Assembly (NCBI GenBank): GCA_964016885.1
Contig: OZ024742.1
Span: forward strand, 216,070,001 to 216,134,000
DNA length: 64,000 bases
Reading direction: 5' to 3'
Origin: Eledone cirrhosa
Lineage: Eukaryota
A program made the position numbers and the translations under genes. The notes under the pieces are model-generated. The model saw only the letters and a list, made by a program, of their open reading frames with translations. It ran no database searches and was not told the DNA's origin. This document shows, piece by piece, positions 55,991 through 64,000 of the stretch. Numbering within the stretch: the first letter of the stretch is position 1; each line of letters starts with the position of its first letter.

Positions 55991-56163
55991 ACCAATGAAT
56001 ATTTAGGTTCTGTAATATTCAAATGAACCCACATCACGATTGGAATTATTTACGTGGCGTGCTTTTACAAGGTTACACCATTCTTAATTAATTGGAGACT
56101 GAATATGCATAACTAACTACTTATTAATCAAACAATATATATGTGCGTATGTGTGTGCATGTT

Positions 56164-56465
<302 letters not shown>

Positions 56466-56852
56466 GTGACCACGCGATTCTCCCTAAACAGTGCCATGAT
56501 ATCATCAGGCATCTTCTTACATGATAAGGTTAATTTCCCAAGGCAAACCAAATTAAAACGACAAGGGAAAGGACAAAGATGATTTTCTTTAAGACTTCGT
56601 CCGTTCCCTTGTGAGCACTAATTCTCCTCCACAGCTTTGCTCAGGCGCAAATGTGAAGATATTTCACGATCCAACTACTACACAAAACACAACGAAACTA
56701 GCCTAGTCACACCACCCAACCCCGATCAATCGAACACCCTTATTTCGTAATAATTAAAACAAATGATTAGTTAATATCTTCGTCTATCACATGAATAAAA
56801 AGCAAAATGTAGATACAAAATAAGAGTGGAAATATATATATGGGAAAAATTA

Positions 56853-56895
<43 letters not shown>

Positions 56896-58641
56896 GATGG
56901 GAATGGGGGTACAGATGACGAAATAGTGATTTCAATTACATTTACATGCAGTGGGAATATTGGGTGTTCGTAGCTCGGAGACCAGTCGCTTCTGATAGAA
57001 CCACTACACCTCCAAATATAGAGATGGCAGCTCTGTTACTACGGATATGGTGTTAGAATATCTAAGGAAAGAATGGCTGGATACATTTTACAAACTTAAG
57101 CCAATTGACTGAAAACAAGAGGATTCCTTCGAGGAAGATTGTTGAATAATATCTATGAGCTCGACCGGTCTCGGTTGATGAGCGAGATGGATCAAGCGTT
57201 AGATGGTCTTGATTCATATAGGTGGCTCTGCAAGCTGTGTCAGATGACACTGCTTCAACGATCCAACCAGGATTAAGTAGGCGAAGAAGAAAAAGCTGTC
57301 TGAAAGTGTATGTATATATGAATGTTTCAAGATATATCTGTGATGTGTGGCTGTGGTTGATTATTGTTCACCTTTGAATTTATCAGTAAGCGAACCTCTT
57401 TTCACTTCATATAGTACAGTAATGACGGTTTAACAGTTTTATCCAACGCAAAAGTTCACGCCATACATAGATACGTGATAGCAGTTTGGCTTAACTATAC
57501 ATTTTTCTAGTAACGCACCTAGGCTAATTCCGAATAATTATAATACATATTTTAAGAGAGCTAAATACCACTACCATTGGTAGGTTTCGTATGTGTCCCT
57601 AGCCAAGCCTCCTAAATCATGTAAAGCAAAACTAGAACTATCTATACAAAGAAGTTAATTAATATAAATAACTCAATAGCCACCGCGAAATAGAAGAGAA
57701 GTAATAGGTGGAAGGTAACCTTATTCCACCTACATACTATGCATTATTCGCCGCCAAATATTTGAAGGAAGTTGTTTTCGATATCTTCATTTCTTTAGGT
57801 AAAGAGATATTGTAAACTCGACTTCCCTATTTATTAAAGAGCTAAGGAATAACTGCCCAACTATTACTTGCCCAACGTCTCATACAGTTATTTTCGCTGG
57901 TTAAATATGTTTTGCTGTACTCTGCTTTCATGTTGATGCATTTCCTTTTTCTAGTGCTTAATTCCCCCTTCCGTGGAACCTCTTTCGCTGAAGCACATTT
58001 GTCATAATGTGAGTTGTGATATTTGGTGGATTCTACAGAATTGTTGCTACTACAAAAAAGCACAAAATCTTATTGCTGCCATCGTTTAAAGGTAGAGTGG
58101 CGCCAAGTAAACATTGAACAATTTGACTGGGAATGCAATGAGCGCAGAACTGTATCATCATGTGTATAGTTTCGATGAGTTTACCAACATCAAGCTGCTC
58201 TACGCCAGGTTGGGTGTTTTTCACCGAGCGTTAATGTATCTCGAAATAGATAACTCTTCTCGAAACGGTATTCCATATACACACCTCTATAAATATAGTA
58301 TTCTTGCTTTCAATGTCTGCTGTATGAGTAGGGGCCTGTGCTAGTATATTTAAAGGATCATGTATTAAAGATAGGATGCACACAGTTATTTCCCATGGTA
58401 TATCTGTGCTGTTCATGTGATTATTGCTGGTCCAAATGTATATGCCATATAAGTGAAATTAATGTTGGTAGAATGAAGGCATCCACAAGGCTTTGAAAAT
58501 TTCTCGATATTACGACGCACAAAATATCATAAACAAACACTTATGTCAAAATCTGTGAGATACGGGACATAAGTATTTACCTTTTTAATTTTGAGTCATA
58601 GACTATTATTCAAAACTCATGACAAAGCTGACCTGAACCAG

Positions 58642-58715
<74 letters not shown>

Positions 58716-59112
58716 TATATATAAATATATATATGTATATATATATATATTAGAAAGTGAGGTTTTTTTACAAAATGAAAAATAACCGAGGTGTCCTACA
58801 CGAGTGAAAGTATAAGGAAAAAAAATGAAATCGAAAGTGCAACTGCAGTCTTTTTTTTTTTAAATATATATATTTATTTGGTTCCTTTACCGGTTTCGCA
58901 GTTCTTCTGCTTTTTAAAAGTATAGTTGAGGTGGAGGATCTGTGGTTTTTCTCACATATATATATATAGTAATAATAATAAATTTGAAGACTAAAATCCA
59001 AAGAGGGTTCGATAAGGATAATTATATATCAAATATATAAGAACCGTAGAGCAAATATTTATTAAAATAACAGATTAAAGTTTAATCTGTTATTTTAATA
59101 AATGTATATATA

Positions 59113-60641
59113 TAACCCTACGAATCCGATTTAGGTAGACTTAGTAAAACGATTCTTGATAGAATTATACCTGAAATTAGAAGTCTGGCCCCTCTTGCAC
59201 TGTGGAACAATTCTTTCGCGGTGATTGATTGGTTCAACGGCATATGTAACAAGGAACATTGCCGTTTTATCCAATTTGACATCAACAATTACTACTCCTC
59301 CATCACTTTACCACTTCTCCTTAGAGCTATCAATTTCGCTAAAACACTCACAGTGGTTAAGGATTTCGAAGTTGATGTCATCCTCAATGCCCGTAAGTCG
59401 GTGATTAATTTCGACGACTCTATTTGGATTAAAAAATCCAATAGTACCCCATTCGACGTGAGTATGGGCGTCAGCAATTCTGCGGAGGTTACTGATCTTA
59501 TCGGCCTTTTCCTTCTTTTCTCTCCCAAGGACGAATTCCCCAACGCGGGCGGTGGTTTGTACAGTGATGATGGTCTTTTGACCATGACTAAGTGCGGACC
59601 TCGTGCTTGCGACAGGTTCAGAAAATAACTCACAGCCTTCTTTAGCGGCTTCAACCTCTCTATACAGGTTGAGGCCAATCTCTCGGTCGTTAATTACCTC
59701 GACGTTGCCCTCAATTTATTGAATGGGTTGTATTACCCGTATAGAATGCCGAATGATACGCTTAATTACATAAGTAAGCATTCCAACCATCCTGCCAGCA
59801 TAACCAAGAACCTGGTAAGAAACGTTTCGTTGAGGCATTCCCGTCTATCTACTAACGAGCATATTTTCAACGACCATTCCACTTATTACAATGAAGCTCT
59901 TGCTCGGAGTGGATTTGTCGATAAGGTAGCATATACAGAATACGAAAATAGACCTAGAAGAAATAGATCCCGTCGTATTTGTTGGTATAACCCACCATAT
60001 AATATGGAGGTGGCCACACCATTAGCTAAGATATTTCTTTCCCTTATTACGAAGCATTTTCCCGCAACACATAAATATAGTAAAATGTTTAATAGAAATA
60101 CTATTTCTTACTCTACGACTCCTAACCTTGCACATAACATCACAGCTTCAAATTTAGCTAAACTACCTAGCCGTAGGAACACGTGCAACCCTGTAGTTAG
60201 TACTAACTGTAATTGTAGGAATCGGGTTATTTGCCCCCTATCCGGGAAATGCCTCTCTAGTAACATCGTCTACAAACGTAAGGTTGAAACACCCACGTCC
60301 CGTAGGGCCTACATAGGGTTAACCGCCAATAGATTCAAGCAGCGTCTTTACATGCATACCCATTATTTTCGTTACCCTCTAAGAAGGAATATGACGTCAC
60401 TTTCAGCTTATATCTAAAAGACAACCACACCCAATATAAGTTACACTGGGAGATCCTAGCTTGGGCTAGATCGTATAACGGAAATAAAAGACCATGTGAC
60501 CTCTGCGCCGCTGAGGCCCTGGAAATACTCTACGCCACAGACCACATCTTAAACAAAACATCTGAGGCAATTTCGGCTTGTAAACATAAATTGCACAAAA
60601 CTTTCCTGTATTACAGCCCCACGTTATACCCTAACGGATAG
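59113..60641 (+). pseudogene. PLE reverse transcriptase - GIY-YIG endonuclease (interrupted)
   Basis: FIQFDINNYYSSI, FDVSMG, GLYSDDGL, SNHP, WYNPPY, CNCR...CPLSGKCL, IVY...AYIGLT...FKQR...H; contains stops and frameshifts. Confidence 0.92.
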
Positions 60642-61558
60642 TACGATCTATATGTCGATATTTTACGTCTTGATGTGGTAGCTAAGTATATGTTTTGTTC
60701 ATACCATTACTTATTTGGATATATATTACCTGTATGTTTTGTGAAGGTACGTATACCTTCTCGTCCGTATATTTGATTGTATATGTTATGGCGTATAATA
60801 TTATATTTTGTGGTACATAAAGGTTTGGTTATGTGTATACGGGTGTTTTGCGTCTGTGTGATTATGCAGGTTCGTACGTATGTAGGGTGTGTGTATATGT
60901 GTACTTCATGTTTTGGTTGACTTACGTCTCCGAACATTTGTGTATTTATATGTAGGCATGTGTGTGCGCTTGTGATATACGTATTTATTTATTTATATAC
61001 GTTTATTTAATTATTTATTTATTTTTATACACGCATACACACACACATATACTTATATGTGCGTGGTTTTGTATACCTATGGTAAGTGTTTTTGCGTATG
61101 CTTGTGTATGTACGTATTTATATGCGTGTATGTATTTATTTAATTTCTATTACCTTTGTATTGTATTTATTTACTTTGTTCTTAACTCTGAAACGGAGAT
61201 TCATTCGATCTCCTAGTTAGAATTTTAGTCTACGACTTCTGCTATACCATTTACGTGGTTTTGTCTTTGCGTGCACTTGTTCTCCACGCTCCACATATGA
61301 CGTATTTTCTTCGTTTTTTTCGTTCATTGCCAGAGAACGTCTCTATGAACCACCTAAGAGAACATTAGTCTACGACTTCTTTTATACCATAAACATGGTT
61401 CTGTCTTTGCGCGTAATTGTTTTTCACCGCCCCTATTAATGACGTTTTATATTCGTTTTTTCCCGTTCTTTGCCAGGGAACGTTTCCACGAACCAAAGTA
61501 TCGTCTTCCTGTCTTCCTCCGGTTCCAACGTTTTTTTAAATATCCACTTCTGCGTTTA

Positions 61559-61632
61559 CAGATTGACTTTGTTAGTTTCAGAAGATCCCGTTAAGGGTGA
61601 AAGCAGCGATTCTTTGCTTAAACTTTAATCTG
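61559..61632 (+). ncRNA. Family A type I hammerhead (CAGAAGA core)
   Basis: cagatt..agttt-CAGAAGA-t-ccc(gttaa)ggg-t-GAAA-gca(gcgattctt)tgc-TT^aaact..aatctg, with AATAAA downstream. Confidence 0.7.
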
Positions 61633-61724
61633 TTATTTTAATAAATATATATATATATATATATATATTTCGTTTCTGAATTTGGTTAGCAAGATTCTTT
61701 ATCTGAAGTCGTGTGTTGAAACTG

Positions 61725-61904
61725 ATATTGTTATACTTTGGGAGTGTCATGTTGCCAATAAGAAACACATGCACCAGTTGCTTTCACTTCATTTTATTAT
61801 AATAAATTTATAAATTCCTAAATTTATAAATTTATTATAATAAATTGAAGTGGAAGCAACTGGTGCGTGTGTTTCTTATTGGCAACATGACCCTCCCAAA
61901 GTAT

Positions 61905-61910
<6 letters not shown>
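61725..61910. repeat. Fold-back of a pLTR-like terminal sequence
   Basis: ~90-bp arms around aaattcctaaattt; shares tattgttatactt.ggga.ggtcat with 7943 and 54405. Confidence 0.75.
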
Positions 61911-61966
<56 letters not shown>

Positions 61967-62344
61967 GCATGTATATATGTGTGTGTGTGTTTGTTTGATT
62001 TTCGGTTCCATAATAAATGTTGGTTGATCCAAGCAAAAAAAAAAACTATGGTGTAATTAAGCATTAGCTCTAGAATTGATAGGCACCCATAATGTATTAC
62101 TTATATGTTATCAGATGGAGTATCAATAATAAGTACGAAGATTAACGGTTTTATATCTTCCACTACACTTTATTGCCATGCTCGCCGCGTAATGTACAAT
62201 TCAAACGCATTAAAATGTATTACATAATAGTTATTTAATCCAGATGTTGAAAATATAAACAATATTCTTGATTCTGGTCTTGAATATACTATCTGTGGAT
62301 GGATTTTTGTTCATCCGATTAATGTAAAACATTGTCTGTTCTCT

Positions 62345-62382
<38 letters not shown>

Positions 62383-62396
62383 CACATACACAAACA

Positions 62397-62511
<115 letters not shown>

Positions 62512-62717
62512 GTGTGTGTGTGTATATGTTCGTTGCTGTGGTGGTTTTGTCCCCTTAACCACTGATTTCAATATAATCACGCCTTTTAACGTATGTTTAT
62601 TACTCTGGGATGTAACTAATCGATTTATCGATATCTTCTTATTGAGTGTTTCGTTCAAAGCATCCGAATATTTTATTCTCGCGGATGCTGGTCGAACTTT
62701 GAGTTTACTCACTTCCA

Positions 62718-62783
<66 letters not shown>

Positions 62784-62827
62784 TATATATATATAAATAT
62801 ATATATATCTATATATATATCTATATA

Positions 62828-62891
<64 letters not shown>

Positions 62892-64000
62892 TGTGTGTGT
62901 GTGTGGTTCAGATACTCAAGTTCACAAATAGACCGTAAATATATCTCACTATGTACGAAACAAGGTTATTTGTTTCAAATTAGCGTTATCTTCTTTCTTT
63001 ATGAGATCAATATATTTTGGTGATTACAATTTGGTATGTAGGTGTTACTGGAGTATACTTTCTGCAATGACAGATTCCTCACATCAAGCATTTCTGAGGC
63101 AGGTGTTTTTTTTCCATGCATTAGTAACACAAGGTAACTTTCTATTGAAAAATGCTTGTAGATGATATTAGACATATGTGGTTACTATAACAAATAACAT
63201 TGGATAAGACATTAGGTTCAGTATAGAAATAAAACAAAGATAATGGAAAGCGGAAACCTCCTCACAGCTATTCGCTCATTCTATTTTATTATTCTGAGTG
63301 TTTGCTTTTCCTGATTATTTACCTCAACATCCTACGTATATAGAATTATTTTACACTCGACGAACATCATAAATGAATAAAGGACAGGCAACTCAAATGG
63401 TTCACAGTGAGAGTTCAGAAGTGGCCAACAAAAAATTCCCTCGCAAGCGACTTGTAAGCCTGACGTTTATGTTTTATTGCTACATGACATAAAATATATT
63501 GTACTAATATACACAAATTGGGAATTTGAAAGCATAAGAAAAGTTTAGGTTATAAGATTACAAATGTAAGATTATCTATTAACTATTATGTACAGCCTAC
63601 ACCATCTAACGATGCTCCAATTTATTATTTTTATCGGTTACATTTATTGGTCAAAATATCGTAAAAACTAAGACGAGCAGAAAAGACAAAAGTTCGATAT
63701 TGTGTTATATAGGCCATCAATATGTCGTATCGAATATGAGTAAAACAACTGCCTTCTACATAGGAGAATTAACTGAAAGTTCTTCGTATAACTATTTGCC
63801 TATGATATATGATAACACCAGGGGAATTAACGTCTTCAACCACGTAAAGTATAATCTTCTTACTGTCTAGGACATTATCTAAATCGGTATATTGCTGGTC
63901 ATTTGACAAGCCAGTGAAGATACTTGAAATGTTAAATCCATTGTGCTTAATAAGATAATAAAATTTAAATATTTGAATGCTATTCTAACATAAACTAATT

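Larger units (their letters stand above)
58975..61646 (+). mobile_element. Penelope-like element family A, 5'-truncated, with inverted pLTR fragment
   Basis: RT plus GIY-YIG coding region, long 3' UTR and HHR-bearing pLTR; 58975-59083 is the inverted pLTR end. Confidence 0.92.

Noticed and set aside
62640-62715. Long hairpin followed by GAAA on the minus strand
   Set aside because: The upstream core reads CTCAAAA and no stem I forms.

Overview
AT-rich, microsatellite-saturated animal DNA, probably intergenic or intronic; the SINE families and (TA)n/(TG)n density suggest an octopus or other cephalopod (inference). I found no host protein-coding exon, tRNA or rRNA, and most ORF-track entries are microsatellite artefacts. 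The window is a patchwork of retroelements and DNA transposons: three Penelope-like element (PLE) families with RT and/or GIY-YIG remnants and inverted pseudo-LTRs (pLTRs), RTE, CRE and L1/Tx1 fragments, tRNA-derived SINEs, non-autonomous Helitrons, a hAT-like MITE and a pogo remnant. The main unannotated signal is a set of at least six unrelated type I hammerhead ribozyme (HHR) families, about 12 full cores plus several half or decayed ones. These include non-canonical cores repeated across copies (CAGAAGA, CGGAAGA), a U3:A8 covariant (UUGAUAA) and a 215-nt rod hairpin capped by a canonical HHR. Many fold-back palindromes break at ribozyme landmarks (cleavage site, stem II loop). All structures were folded by eye, none has been tested for activity, and element boundaries are approximate.
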